A stretch of 64,000 bases of DNA from Blepharisma stoltei ATCC 30299 (Eukaryota > Protista > Ciliophora), in NCBI GenBank assembly GCA_965603825.1, contig CBFDEM010000015.1, positions 620,001 through 684,000 on the forward strand, given 5' to 3'. The translations under genes and the position numbers were made by a program. This document shows positions 25,751 to 38,803 of the stretch, one piece after another; positions within the stretch are counted from its first letter, which is position 1, and the number at the start of each line of letters is the position of its first letter. The notes under the pieces were generated by a model. It worked only from the letters and a program-made list of their open reading frames with translations. It did not search any database and was not told the DNA's origin.

Positions 25751-27019
25751 ATGAAAAGAAACTCAAGGAACCGGAATACCTCAGAATCAGACTCAAACCC
25801 AGCCCCTTCGCCTCAAAAAAGAATGAAACAAGACGAAAGCACCGTCAGCTCAACTGACACTTGGAGAGAAATCAGTAATTCCTATTCAGGCGGGCTAATG
25901 ACAATAAACATTTCTAGTTCCCCATCAGACAAAGTCTTAGGTTTCGACATGGACAGCACCCTAATCTGCACAAAATCAGGCAAAACCTTCGCAGTCAACG
26001 AAAATGACTGGAGACTCTTATATGACCAAATCCCAGAAACCCTGAAAAAGTATAGTAGTGACGGCTACCGCATTGTGATCTTCACAAATCAAGGAGGCGT
26101 CAAAGCTGGAAAGCAAGACAAAAGCGCTCTTCAGAGAAAAATAGAAGCTGTGGTCTCTGCTCTTGAGGTCCCAACTTTAGTCCTTGCCGCAATAGACGAC
26201 GATGAGTTTAGAAAACCATGCCCAGGCATGTGGGATTACTTTGTTAAAAACTTAAATGGAGGGGTTGCTCCAGATATGGAGCAGTCTTTCTATATTGGAG
26301 ATGCAGCAGGAAGACCTGCGAGTGGAGGCAGGAAAAAAGATTTCAATGACACTGACTTAAAATTTGCGCTAAACATTGGGGTTACCTTCCAGACTCCTGA
26401 ACAGTTCTTTTTAGGAGCACATGAAAATATCCCAGAAGTCGAAATAAACCCAAAACTTATCAAAAAAGGTAAAATTAATATAGAGGGGCCTGTGTTGAAA
26501 GGAGAGACTGATAATTCAACATTAATGAAAGACCATCAGGAAGCAATTATTTTTGTAGGGTCTCCTGGGTCTGGAAAATCGACTTTTTGGAAAAATAATT
26601 TATCGAGGTATGTGAGGGTTAATAATGATACACTTAAAACCAAGGAAAAATGCATGAAGACTATGAGGGATGCCCTTAATGCAGGAAAATCATGTGTAAT
26701 TGATAATACAAATCCTACTGCTGAAGTCAGGGCAAATTACATAAATATTGCAAAAGAATTCAATGTCCCTGTCAGGTGCTTTTTATTTTCTATGCCAAAA
26801 GAGATGGCTTTCCATTTAGATACTTTGAGACTTGTTAATAAGCATAGAAATCATTTGTCTGGAAGGGTTGGGAGTATGCCAATCCATAAGTTTTATAAAG
26901 ACTTCCAAAGGCCTGAGCTGAGGGAAGGGTTTGAAGAAATTAAAGAAGTTGAGCTTGTAGGAGGGCCATTTGATAATGAAGAAGATGAAAAACTATTTTT
27001 CAGTTTTGTTCATTCTTAG
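25751..27019 (+). CDS. PNKP: Bifunctional polynucleotide 3'-phosphatase/5'-kinase
   Basis: HAD motif FDMDSTLI, IFTNQGG, RKP..GMW, YIGDAAGR; P-loop GSPGSGKST; VIDNTN. Confidence 0.95.
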   Translation: MKRNSRNRNTSESDSNPAPSPQKRMKQDESTVSSTDTWREISNSYSGGLMTINISSSPSDKVLGFDMDSTLICTKSGKTFAVNENDWRLLYDQIPETLKKYSSDGYRIVIFTNQGGVKAGKQDKSALQRKIEAVVSALEVPTLVLAAIDDDEFRKPCPGMWDYFVKNLNGGVAPDMEQSFYIGDAAGRPASGGRKKDFNDTDLKFALNIGVTFQTPEQFFLGAHENIPEVEINPKLIKKGKINIEGPVLKGETDNSTLMKDHQEAIIFVGSPGSGKSTFWKNNLSRYVRVNNDTLKTKEKCMKTMRDALNAGKSCVIDNTNPTAEVRANYINIAKEFNVPVRCFLFSMPKEMAFHLDTLRLVNKHRNHLSGRVGSMPIHKFYKDFQRPELREGFEEIKEVELVGGPFDNEEDEKLFFSFVHS

Positions 27020-27325
27020 TTTAATTACTTATTCTTAAAATTACCTAAAAATAGTTATTTGAAGAAAATAAGTCATGGATTTTCAATATTTGTAAAGAAA
27101 TTATATCAATTTATAAATTTTCCCTCTTTTTTAAGTACAGATTGATATTATCTAATTTAATCGGACATATACACTTGATTTATTGAAGATTTTCAATAAT
27201 TATTATATTCTATTCTGCCAAATTTTATTTTCACAAGCTATTTTAAATATCCATATTTCTATAATAAGATTTACCAAAATAGATAAATTTTAATGCTGAC
27301 ACATCTTTAATAAATAATATTTGCA

Positions 27326-28231
27326 ATGGCAAGCCCAGGTCTCCTTACAATCCATCCGATATGCGCAGAGCTTAGAAGAAATGTCGAATCCTTCGGGAAA
27401 ATGGACCCTTATTGTGTTGTTGGGGTTGGCCCCGCTATCGAGAAAACAACAGTTGCCCGAAATCAAGGAAAATTCCCCAATTGAAAAGATCACTTAAATT
27501 TCAGAATTTTCAACGAACAAGTATTCATAATTGGTGTCTGGGACCGGCGCCAGTTGCTTGGCGACGAAGAGATCGGCAATGCCCAAGTAAGTCTATATAA
27601 TGCCAAAACAATGGGAGTTTTCGAAGAGTGGATCCAATTATTCCACAACGGCCACGATGTTGGACGAGTAAGGGTAAAGGCGACTTTTAAACCTGAAATG
27701 ATGCAGCCTGGAATGCCACAATACCAAACTGCCCCGATGCCTAGGCCTATTATTCCGCCTCAACCGCAGGTGATTCTTATAGAAGAGGGTCATCATAGGC
27801 ATCATGCTCCTGAAGTTATAATAGAGCAGGTTGGGGGATATGGACGTCCTCAGCAGGAAGTAATTATTATAGAAGAAGGACGGCATGGACATCATGGGCA
27901 TCATAGGCACCATCATGGACATCATAATGAAAGAATTATAATTCAAGGTATTCCTCCTCCTACTCAATTTTCTGGGCCACAATTTGGGTATCCTATGCAG
28001 AATGGTTATCCTATGCAGAATGGCTATCCTATGCAGCAAGGATATCCTATGCAGCCTGGATATCCAATGCAACAAGGCTATCCTCAGCAGCAGGCTTATG
28101 TCCAGCCTGGAGTGTATTCGCAGCCTACCATGATGCCACCAACTCAGCAGAGATTTCAAAATCAGCCCCAACAGGGGATTTATGCGCCTCCTGGATTTTC
28201 CCAGCCAAGCTGCCCTTCATTTGACCCTTAA
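27326..28231 (+). CDS. C2-domain protein with His-rich and GYPMQ-repeat (XYPPX-like) tail, 301 aa
   Basis: ATG 27326; FGKMDPYC, FPN-W(TGA), VWDR, DEEIG; His clusters; tandem GYPMQ repeats. Confidence 0.85.
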
Positions 28232-28980
28232 TAATAATATTTCAACTTAATAAACTCAATATTCTGAAAGAAGAATGCGTCCGCTTATATATTACACTCT
28301 GTTAAAAATTAATAATCATAGATTTTATCTGAGCAGTAAATTTGTGAAAATCAAATTAAATCCTCCATATCTAGATATAGTAATCTATTAGTCATTAAGA
28401 CCAATATTTTAAGTTTATATATATGCTAGTTAAAAACTCCAAGCCGCTTTATTAGGTTTTTATAAAGTTTAAATTAAATATCGTTTAAAAGTAATTACAA
28501 AATCCTTGCTTTAATATAATTTGCTTATTTGGCAGGCTTTCAATGTTAATTTTCTAAATAGGCATAAGAAATTGGAGATAAAGTTTAAAATTTTATTGCT
28601 TTATGTTCAAAAATTATAGTTAACGAGTTAATTATGTTCAAGCTTCTTTATGTTCACCCTTAGCAAAACGCTGCGGATCAGAATTGTGACGGAAAAGTGC
28701 CTTTAATCATGGCATGACCTGGATAATATTGCAAGCAAGACAATTATAGCCTAAATCATAACTTTTTGAGTCAATTTAGATTAAAGCTTCTTATAATATA
28801 TTACTATTATATCGAACTGGGTTTTGCTTATTCTTATCTCCAAATTTACTTTGTAATTAAAAGGAAAAAATTTGCGAATTTGTAGAATTAAAATAAAATA
28901 AATAATCAAAGTAAAAATTGGGGAAATAAAAATAGTAAAATATTTATTCATTGCATGAATTAAAGTGTTTAAGGGTCTAA

Positions 28981-30495
28981 TTCCATCACCCACTAAAGGG
29001 TCTTATCTGCAGCTTCTCTTCCTCAACTCATTTCCTACCAGAGCTTGAAGAAAACAAATTTTTAGAATTGTCAGTGAAATTTTATTTGTCTAAATTTCTC
29101 AAAGACTGCAACCAAAACAAGAAAAAAGAGCTCTTTTCAGCATTCTGCATCTCAGTTAACCAAAAATTTCCCCCAGAATCAATCCTAAGATGTCATAGAT
29201 TACCTTCAGGAGATGCTATCCTGATTCCTAAAGAAAAATCAATACAACAAGATTTACTGAATCAAATCACATATGAATTAAAATACAAAGGAAGAGAGAT
29301 CATGATACCAATCGGAATCTTATGACTAGGTGGTGAAATCAACTACAATAGGTATCGGATTAATTTTACATTACCTCCTGGAATATCGATTGAGGAAACA
29401 ATTAAATCATTAAAGCAAATCTGCAATATAAAAGAAATAATTATGAATAACACAATACAAAATGAAGGCAAGTTTCACAGTCTTAATTTTATACCAGAAG
29501 CAAAATACACAATATATGCTGAATTTAATTCACTAGAGCAAGCATTAGATCTCACAGATATATTGAAAATAGGAAATAACTAAATATGATTAAATCACGC
29601 AGGAACAATGCAGTGCAACACTTGTAACGAAATCGGACACCTTGAATCAAACCACGATAAAATTATTGAAATCAGAGAAAAAAGAAAAAGAATTAAGCAA
29701 TCTAAGAAAGTCAAGAAAGGTTCAAGAAATTTAAATTTAATCGATCAAAAATACTTAGTCTCTGATAATAAATATGAAAACAACTTAAAAACACGCAAGA
29801 TCTCAACAATTAAGCCACCCAAAAAAAACATTCATCCTCCTGTTAAAACTCAGAATAATGAACCAGTTAATGCCTACAACTATGATATCAAGACATATAT
29901 TCCTCTAAAGAAGAGCATCATAAAGCCGATAGAAATCATAGGAAGAACTATTCTAAAAGAAAATCACAAAAATACAATCAAAAAAATTTTTATAATTAAA
30001 AAGACTCCAGCAATAAGGAAAAATGAACCAGATAGAGAAGATGTAAATTGAAAGCTTATTAAGGAATCTTCGCAATCCTATAATGAAACTGCTTCCAAAT
30101 CTCCAAAACTTTCTCCATCATCAGAAATAAATTCATCCACTTTGATGACAGATTTTCCTGAAATAAACGTTTCTAAAATCGAAAACCCATTCTTACATAA
30201 AAAAGAAAAGAAAGAAAAACTGACAGTTGAACCCTTGATTTCAATTTATAACACCCAAAATAAGAAAAAGTTTGAAAATCCTTTCATCAATAAAGATGAA
30301 AAAGAAATTTACAAAAATAAAAAGATACAAATACTAGAGAGCAGAATGTTCCAAGATATGATTAGACCTCTATGCACAATTCTCTTTATTGAAGCATCTG
30401 ATAATTTCACAGATCCAAAAAAATGATTGAAAATAACCCATTCTCCCTTAAGAAAAAATAATGTCCTACCCGCTCAAGTTGAAGAGAAATTATAA
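28981..30495 (+). pseudogene. LINE ORF1 (RRM-like region + Zn knuckle), disrupted
   Basis: Single frame with TGA=W, a premature TAA at 29581, and a final TAA at 30493; no clear initiating ATG. Confidence 0.7.
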
Positions 30496-33400
30496 TTCCA
30501 AATCCAAGAAGATTGTGCGAAAAAATAATAAGAAAAAATTTTGGATTCATCAACATTTCAGGAATTGGAAAAGACGATCTATCACGAAGACAATTAAGAA
30601 ATGTTATGATCGAAAACGATATTACTATCTTAGGAATAGCTGAAACTTGATTAAAAGATAAAGTTTATATTGATGGTTTTGTGTGAATAGGTAATAATGG
30701 ACCTATAGTAGGCTACAGAGGATCAGGTGGAACTGGCTTATTAATTCATAATTCACTGGCAAATGAAATAACTTGAATTGAAACTAATAACCATAGAATA
30801 ACTGCAGCAAAGATAGAAGATTTTTTGATAATATGCATATATGCACCAGTACTTGCAAACCACGGAAATGAAAAATCAATTAACGAATATAAATGAAACT
30901 TCTATATCAACTTTCAGAGGAAATAATAGACACACTATTATCGATTATATTATTTCAGAAACCCTATCAAAGATTAAATACATAGAAGTTCCACAATTAA
31001 ACACCAATCACGTATTATTACTATCTCATATAAAAAGTGTCCAGATAATACCAAAGCAAATATCCGTGATTCCATGATATAAATTAGAAGGCAAGGAATT
31101 AGAAGCGTTCCAACACAGAATCTGAATCAATTTCCAGAATAAAGGAATCTACAAAACTCTTGATCCTTTAGCAATATTTAATAACATCAAATCAACAATT
31201 GATGAAGAATCAAAATACCTACTAAAACATTTAAAACCAGACCATTTTAGAACCCCAGAAATGAAAATCTTATTAAATAGAATAAATGACTCGAGGAAAT
31301 GAATAAAATTTTGCTGAACGCAAAATAATAGAGAACTTGCTAACAAACTACAAAAGGTAAAAAAGGCATGAATAAATAAACTAAAAAGACTATCTAACTA
31401 TGAAAAAATCAGTGAAAGCAGATTGAAAGAATGTATGCAAGATCCATATGGAGCCTGAAACAAAATAAAACGTCAGATGAATAAAAATAGAATCGCATTA
31501 TCATTAAACACAGAAGAGATTAAAGCTTGAGCAACAGAATTTGAAAATCAATTTAAAAGTAAAATAGAATTCATACCACAAAAGGGATGCTCAAAAGAAG
31601 AACTATGAGATTTCCAAGATATCCAGAAAATCATTAAAAAATTACCAAACAAAAAAGCTCCTGGACCAGACAATATAAGAAATGAAATAATAAAGAAAGG
31701 TGGAGATATAATGGCAGAAGCAATTACACATTTCCTTAATAGTTGCAAATTAAATGGAATCCCAGACAAAGCCAATGAAGCAAAAACAATCCTTATATAC
31801 AAAGGAAAAGGTAATCCGAAGGAACTTAATAGCTATAGACACATAACCTTAATGAATAATTTTATGAAGATTCTTGACAAAGCAGAACTAAAAAGAATTG
31901 AAAATACGGTTAATATCTCAGAAAGACAACATGGATTCACAAAAGGAAAGTCATGCATGACTCAGATTTTTCTCTTAAAATCTACACTGGAATATCGTAA
32001 GTATTACAGGATTGGAAAAGGTAGAGACTCATATATATTATTTGTTGATTTCTCAAAAGCTTATGACTCAGTTAATAGAATTAGACTATTAGAGAAAATT
32101 AAAGCAAAAAATATAAAAAATGATAGCTGAAAAATAATCTCGCAAATGCTAAAAGGTGAACAAACTACACTTGTCATAAATGGGATTGAAACAGAAAAAA
32201 TAAACATAACAAGAGGTGTGAGACAAGGAAGTGCAATATCACCATTGTTATTTAATATATATATAGATGATATAGAAAAGGAAAATAATGACATCAATAT
32301 AGAACTCCTCCCCAATCACCAATTAAAATCAAAAATCAATTTTCAATATGCGGATGATACAGCTTTTGTAATAGAAGATTGAAAAGACATTGAAAACATT
32401 TTAAATAAACTTGATAAATGATCAAAAGATAATGATATGAACTTGAATATAGGACCGGAAAAAACAGCAATAATGCCAATCATAACAAAAAATAGGAAAA
32501 ATATTATAAGTAAACTACCTAAAATATCATACCAAAATCATGAAATACCAGTTGTTGAAAAATATAAATATTTAGGCAAAATAATGAATGGAAATATAAG
32601 AGGTACAGGATTCGACCAAGCGCATTATAAATACCTCAAAGATAAAGCAAAAATATCTACTTGCTCTCTAATCCCTATGATTAGAAGAATGCTTAACATC
32701 CCAAGTAAAACTCTTATAAACTGCTTCAAAGCAATATTCTTACCAAGATGCACATATGGTCTTGAAATATGCTCAAGAATTAAATGCAAAACTGCAATTA
32801 AACAAATTCAAAGATCATTCAATAAGATTATAAGAGAATGTTGCCATGTTTATGACAAAACACCTATTGAGCCCATATTACTTGATTTAAATATTCCAAC
32901 AATACAACAATATATTGACCAAAAATTATTGATATTTTTACAAAAAATTTTTGAATTAACACATATATCTGAGATTGCAACCCATTTCCTAAGAAATTTC
33001 GATAATGCAATTACACCGACAATGAAAATCTACCAAGAGTTGCTTCAAAAATATAATTTTACAAAACCATTCGATTTTAATAACAACATGATTAGCTGAA
33101 ATGACAAAAATTGAAAAGGAAATGTCAAAGATAAACTCAAAATCTATTGAAGAAACGAAAACATGAGCATAATAAATAAAAAAGTAACATAAAGATGTTT
33201 AAAGAATTAAAGAATCAAACTTTTACCACGAATAAACTCCCAAAATTCTGAATACTGAATAAAAACCTAATTACTGAAACAAGAATAAAGGCTGCTTGAA
33301 GATATGGTGCTGGTCCATCTAAAGTATTAGTTCTATTGAGAAACAGAAATAATCAAGATAACACTTCGAATTTATGTGAATTATGTAAAGTCAAGGAAAC

Positions 33401-33704
33401 AGATAAACATATTCTTAACGAATGCATAAAATATAAAAACGAAAGAATCAAATTTATACAAAGATTACAAGATATGATAGGCAGATATATTAACAATACA
33501 AGCATATACAATTGACTTATTTCAGATGCTACAGAATTAAAATTTTTAGAAGAATTAGGTGAAGAAAAATGAGAAAAGATTGACTTTTTAACAAAGATCA
33601 CACTAAGAAGTATTGATGATAAATTGCGAACTAGCAGAGAAAACAGCAAATACAAGCATTTCTTTGAAATCCAAAATATTGAAGATGAAATAGTACGCCA
33701 ATAA
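30462..33704 (+). pseudogene. LINE ORF2 (endonuclease-reverse transcriptase), disrupted
   Basis: Frameshifting deletion near 30890 (the APE GDFN motif is missing) and a frameshift near 33190; RT core otherwise open with TGA=W. Confidence 0.85.
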
Positions 33705-34119
33705 TTAATTTAGAAATAGAACCTTTTAGCCTGATAGATCGGTCTAGTAGCCAATTTTGGGATTTAGGATTTTCAGCATAAGTTTTACTGTCAGAAGAGG
33801 CTGATTGTTTGCTTAAATTGATTTTGCTTGACAATCCCCATTTGATGGTTGCACTTGTTTTGAAACTGATACCTCAGACTAGCAGCCAAGATAATTCCCA
33901 AAGTAATTTGGAGCTAGTCTTTCTCATAAAAATCTTGCCTAAAATATTTAATTTGACATGATTATTATTAATTTTAAATTAAAACTTTGTTTGTCCTGCT
34001 AGAATTGACTTAATAAGGCAATTTATCAAATATTCAGACTAAATACAATAATAGAGTTCAAAAATTTATAGATTTTTATTCACAAATCCAATTATTTTAA
34101 TTTTAAACATAAATTTAGC

Positions 34120-34368
34120 TTAAAACCCTCCTTTCATCTGCTGGAGCACACGAATGACGCAGTTATTAGTCAATCTTAATTGTTCCAAAGTAGCAGCTCC
34201 TTGAGTGCCTATACTTAAATACTTATTCCCAAAAATCACACTTAATTCACCTTGGCCAAACATCTGTTGAAATTGGTTGTGAAGCTGAGCATAAGTTCAC
34301 GAGCTGTTTACTTGCAATGTGCGTTGTTGCCCGTTCATATCCTCTACTCTTATCGTCAAGTTCGACAT
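34120..34368 (-). CDS. Divergent mono-ubiquitin-like modifier, 82 aa, ending QMKGG-F (absent from the ORF track)
   Basis: Hand translation MSNLTIRVEDMNGQQRTLQVNSS-W(TGA)-TYAQL...TLEQLRLTNNCVIRVLQQMKGGF*. Beta-grasp pattern; clear paralog of 50323-50868, whose aligned Trp is TGG. Confidence 0.88.
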
Positions 34369-35196
34369 TTATAATTATAAGAAATGGAAATTTGTGTAGA
34401 TTCTCAGGTGATTTTATAAAGTAAATAATGAAATGATAAAATAGCTATTAAAATGAGATTTAAAGAAAGAAAACTGCAAGGATATTCTTTAATTACGTTG
34501 CATATATGATAGAAAATATTATTTTTAGAAATTTTATCTGAAATTATGCTGAGTTTTATTTTATTTTGATGTTTAATAATTTTGCCTTGGGTATAATAAT
34601 TTTATCTATTAAACAATGGGAAATCTTATTTAATAATGCTATAAAGTAATGAAAACAATTGATTTTGCTTGAGATGTTCTATAACTTTTGTGAAATCAAA
34701 ATTTTAAAATTTAGAATTAATTCTTATCAATAATATTTTTGGCAATTAAAAATTAAGAAATGCTTAAGCTATATTTCTTCTCTTACATTTATATCTGCAC
34801 TATTAATTTTATAAGGAAAATAATACAAGGCTTCATGCTGAATATTATTAGCTATAGGCTTGGTCAGATGCTAGTTAGGGGGGAACATTATATATAGTGT
34901 TTTAGGCGTTTTATTTATTTTAGTTATAATAAATTAATAAATTTCTTATCTTTATCTCAGTGAGAAGTAAAGTACTTTAAAATCATAATACATATTATTT
35001 TATATTATTTGACTTTGTAAAATGATAGGGTGCTAGGTTCATTCCTTTTATGACTGATTTCTTCAAGTCTAAGAACAGATAGACTTTTATTTGCTAACTA
35101 GTTTCTCTAAATCCTTAAAGGCTCAATTTTCATTTAAAAAATGCGGTAAACTTTATTTCAATGCTTTATAAAAATTTATAGATTCCATATTAATAA

Positions 35197-37990
35197 ATGG
35201 TGCAAAGACAAGATGTTGAAACCTATACCTTAGCTCAAGTAATTCATGCGCTCCGAGCAATTCAAGGGCATTGCAATATACTAGAAGAAGGTTCTACTCC
35301 TTTGCACGATAAGTTAATAAGGCAAAATTCTGATGAAAATTTAGATAATGACCTTCTAAATGAACTTACAAGCAGCATCCCAGTCAAAGCAATCCCATAT
35401 TCATTTATTGAGCTGTTAATCTTAATCTGAAATTCAGTAAATCCACAAAATCAAATATCCCAAGAAAATGATTCGGTCTTTATTTTTTATAAAAAATATA
35501 AATGATTGAATAAATTTTTGGAAGACAGAGAACTTAATGATATTTTCTTTATAGTTGGCAAGCGTCTATGCAAAACTGACTGAAATATTAAAGGCAAAAC
35601 CTACAAATGTTTATTTTTTAAACATAAAAATACCCAAAAATTTACTGTCAAAAGAAATAATTCAGAGCAAGAATACTTCTATAAATTTGGTGAGAGCAAT
35701 GAAGATTTATATGTTTCTGGGTACATAAATTCTGAGGTGCTCAATCAGAAATGCTCAATTTTACAAATTCCTATTAAAAGCAGTGAGATCAAGAGCAGAA
35801 AAGAAATAAATTATCTACTGATCTCTGATAACCAAAAATTATGAAGCTCTTGCTACCTTAATTCTCTTCTAAAAACACTTGTATACAATGATAAATTTTA
35901 CCAAAAAATCCAGACAGTGAAGTACCCATTATTTTTTGGTTTATCATCAGTATTGCTAGCTATTAAAGAATCTAAGCCACATTATAAAATTTATAAGCTT
36001 ACAAACTTACTTAAAAATCAATTAAAAGCTGAATTCCCTTGAGTAATTTTTTATATAGATTGAAAATTTCACCCAGCAAGAATGCAAAGAATTAATGATG
36101 GAGTTAATAGGCAGACTTTCAGAATTTACTGAAATAGATTCATTATTTGCAATTACAAATGAGCAAGCCTTAAATTTCAAGGAAAAAGGTGAGTATCGTT
36201 TTCTCAGCATAGCACCTCTTCCAGAAAAAGATGAAGAAAAGTGTTTTTGGGAGCAAATAATATATAAAGTGGCGCCTTTTATTAAATTCAATAGATTAAG
36301 CAAAGAGAAACCATATGCTTATTTTGAAAAAAATGAGGCAACTGCTTATTATTTGGCAGCAATTTTTACTGAAAATGAACAGAAATGAATTTATTGCAAT
36401 TCCTGCAATCAATGGATAAACATCAGTATAAATCCAAAAAACAAAGAAAAAATAATATTCAGTGAAGGAGCTGCATATTTTTATATAAAAATAAATAAAA
36501 AAGATTTTGAAAAAGATAAAGTTAGTAAGCAACTTTCGCTTGAATGGGAAAGAAGGAAATATAAACAAAAAAAATTGCCAGAGATATATAAATCCACAGA
36601 AAAAACCAAAAAAATTGAAATTGAAAAATTGAAAAATATTGAAATTCAGCAAAAAATCCAAAATAGCGAAGATATTATAAATAATTATCAGCTAGAGAGA
36701 TTGAATAATCAAGAAATAACAAATAATCGAAAAGAATTAATGGCTGAAAAAGATGAAAATGGTGAAAAAATGCAAAAAGATAATAGGATTCAGCGAAAAT
36801 TACAATGGAAATTAATAACTCTTAAAGAATTGATATTTGAAAACGAAATTCTAGAGAAAAGATGCATAAACTACGAAAACAAAGCTGAATTACTAGAGAA
36901 AGAAAATCAAACATATAAAGCTCAGAATGAAGTCTTAAATCAAGAAAAAGAAATTTATAAAGCTCAAAATGAATTTTTAAATCAAGAAAACCAAACTTAT
37001 AAAGCTCAGAATGAAGTCTTAAATCAAGAAAAAGAAACTTATAAAGCTCAAAATGAAGTCTTAAATCAAGAAAACCAAACTTATAAAACTCAACTAAAAT
37101 CATTAACTGAAGAAATAAAAAAGCTAAGAGAAAATAAGATCCTAAATTATCCATTAATTTTTGACAGAAAAAAAGCAGGGATTCCTAATATCGGGAATAC
37201 ATGCTATCTTAATTCACTCTTACAAGTGTTTGCAAGCAATAATGAATTTTGTGAGAAAATTCGACCACTAACATATGAATTATTCTCTACTTTGTCATCA
37301 CTATTAGTGAGTATTAGAGATCCCACAACTAATACAATCTGAGAGTTCGTGATGGCTTTTAAAAGTAGATTTAATGATGAATTTCCATGGGTAATCTTTA
37401 TATAGCTTGGCGATTTAACCCAGCAAGATTCTAAAGAAGTGTTGCTAATGCTAATAGGGAGATTATCAGATTTTACTAATATTGAACCTTTGTTTATAAT
37501 TTCATATAAACAGATATTAAATTGCCATGATTGCAATTATAAAGCAAAGGCGACTGAAACAAACACTTTTATTACAGTTCCCATTAACAAATTCAGTTCT
37601 ATACAAGAATTTATAACGGATATAAAAAAGCCAAAAAAATTCATTGGTGATGGAAGCCAATTATATTGCGAAAAATGCAATAAGCAGCAAGATATGACGG
37701 TTGAATATGAAGAAATTATATGGCCATCTACAGTTACCTTTTATTTATCCTCAAAGAATGGCAGAATTAGAATTAATAAAGAATTAGATATTGAAGGAAC
37801 TATTTATAGATGGTACGGATTAATATGCCATTATGGGGATTCATGATCTGGGCATTATTTGGCATATACATGGGATACTAACAATTGGACTGAATATAAT
37901 GATAGCAAGACAGCAAATCGCTGCAGCCGCAGCATTGATGTGGCAAATGGATATTTAGCCTTTTATGCAAGGGCAGGAAATCCCAAATAA
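35197..37990 (+). CDS. Multi-domain USP: divergent N-domain + degenerate USP + 14-aa repeat coil + intact USP, ~920 aa
   Basis: Open with TGA=W and introns at 36043-36058 (16 nt) and 37391-37405 (15 nt). First USP: SCYLNSLL/QQECKE with no recognisable His box. Second USP: GIPNIGNTCYLNS, QQDSKE, SGHY, YND. Confidence 0.82.
36902..37092 (+). repeat. 42-bp coding tandem repeat (~4.5 copies, ENQTYKAQNEVLNQ)
   Basis: TATAAAGCTCA(G/A)AATGAA...TTAAATCAAGAAAA recurs with a 42-nt period. Confidence 0.9.
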
Positions 37991-38803
37991 GAATAATAGT
38001 TATTTAAGGAAAATAATATTCATAAATATTAATGCATCTAAGGAGTTATAAATTGTAGGAAAAAATTCCAGAAGATAAGCAGAGGTAATTTCTTTTTACT
38101 AATCTGGCTATATCATTATATTTTATTTTGGCTAGTTTTCCTTTAATCGAAACTTTTTGATAATGTGGCATTCCTTAGTCACCTTTTTTTCTATTCCATT
38201 TCAAATTAATTTGTAGCATTATATATGAGTAGAAGTTACCTTTGAATATAGAGCTTTTTTATATTTTCCTTAATGCTTATCTAGGATCATAAATGATTTT
38301 TGAGAGGGCTTAGTTTTAGGTTTTCTTATCTTGTATTGAGTAAAATGCTATAGTAAAATTTCTTATACCAATTCTATGCTAAAATATATGTCGTTGTTTT
38401 ATATTTAGTTCACTGTAAAATCTATTCGAGCTGAAATATTAAATTAACTGCATGCCCTGTAGGCAGCAAAAAATTTTTACTCGCTTATAGAAAGGGATAT
38501 GCAAAAATAAGGCGTTATAACTTCCTGATTTGGTTTGTCAGCTCAAGAAGTTAAAAATAAGGCTAATAGCACATACTTGCCAACTACAGACTGATTTATT
38601 AATTATGCATATTGAGACTGCTCAGGAGAGCTTCATTACTTTTTCATAGACAGGGCTAACCTATGCCTAGCTAATCTAAATCCGCTTAGACAATATAAAA
38701 TATGCTCTGAATAATGAAATTTTATTTACGAAAATCCACACAATTTCTCAAACTGCATCATTAAAACTTTATCTTTTTATATTTAAATTTAAACTACTAT
38801 GGC

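Larger units (their letters stand above)
28981..33704 (+). mobile_element. Degenerate non-LTR retrotransposon (LINE-type: ORF1 + APE-RT-CCHC ORF2)
   Basis: ORF1 has a Zn knuckle CNTCNEIGHLESNH. APE motifs INISG, IAET-W, GGTGLLI, IYAP, IDYI. RT motifs KAPGPDNI, YRHITL, QHGF, DFSKAYDSV, GVRQG..ISPLLFN, QYADD, YKYLG. C-terminal CELC-x7-H-x4-C. Element ends not resolved. Confidence 0.92.

Noticed and set aside
30453-30461. A-AAA-AAT slippery heptamer near the LINE ORF1/ORF2 overlap
   Set aside because: A -1 shift there meets TAA immediately. ORF2 lacks an ATG before its first APE motif, but decay explains that equally well.
28770-33730. Target-site duplication or poly(A) tail for the LINE
   Set aside because: Only a short AT-rich match (AATTTAGA) was found, which is not significant.
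33631-33930. Minus-strand open frame right of the LINE as a disrupted gene
   Set aside because: No recognisable domain, and no continuation found on the other side of the element.
36902-37092. 42-bp repeats as a CRISPR-like array
   Set aside because: No unique spacers; it is an in-frame coiled-coil repeat in a eukaryotic gene.
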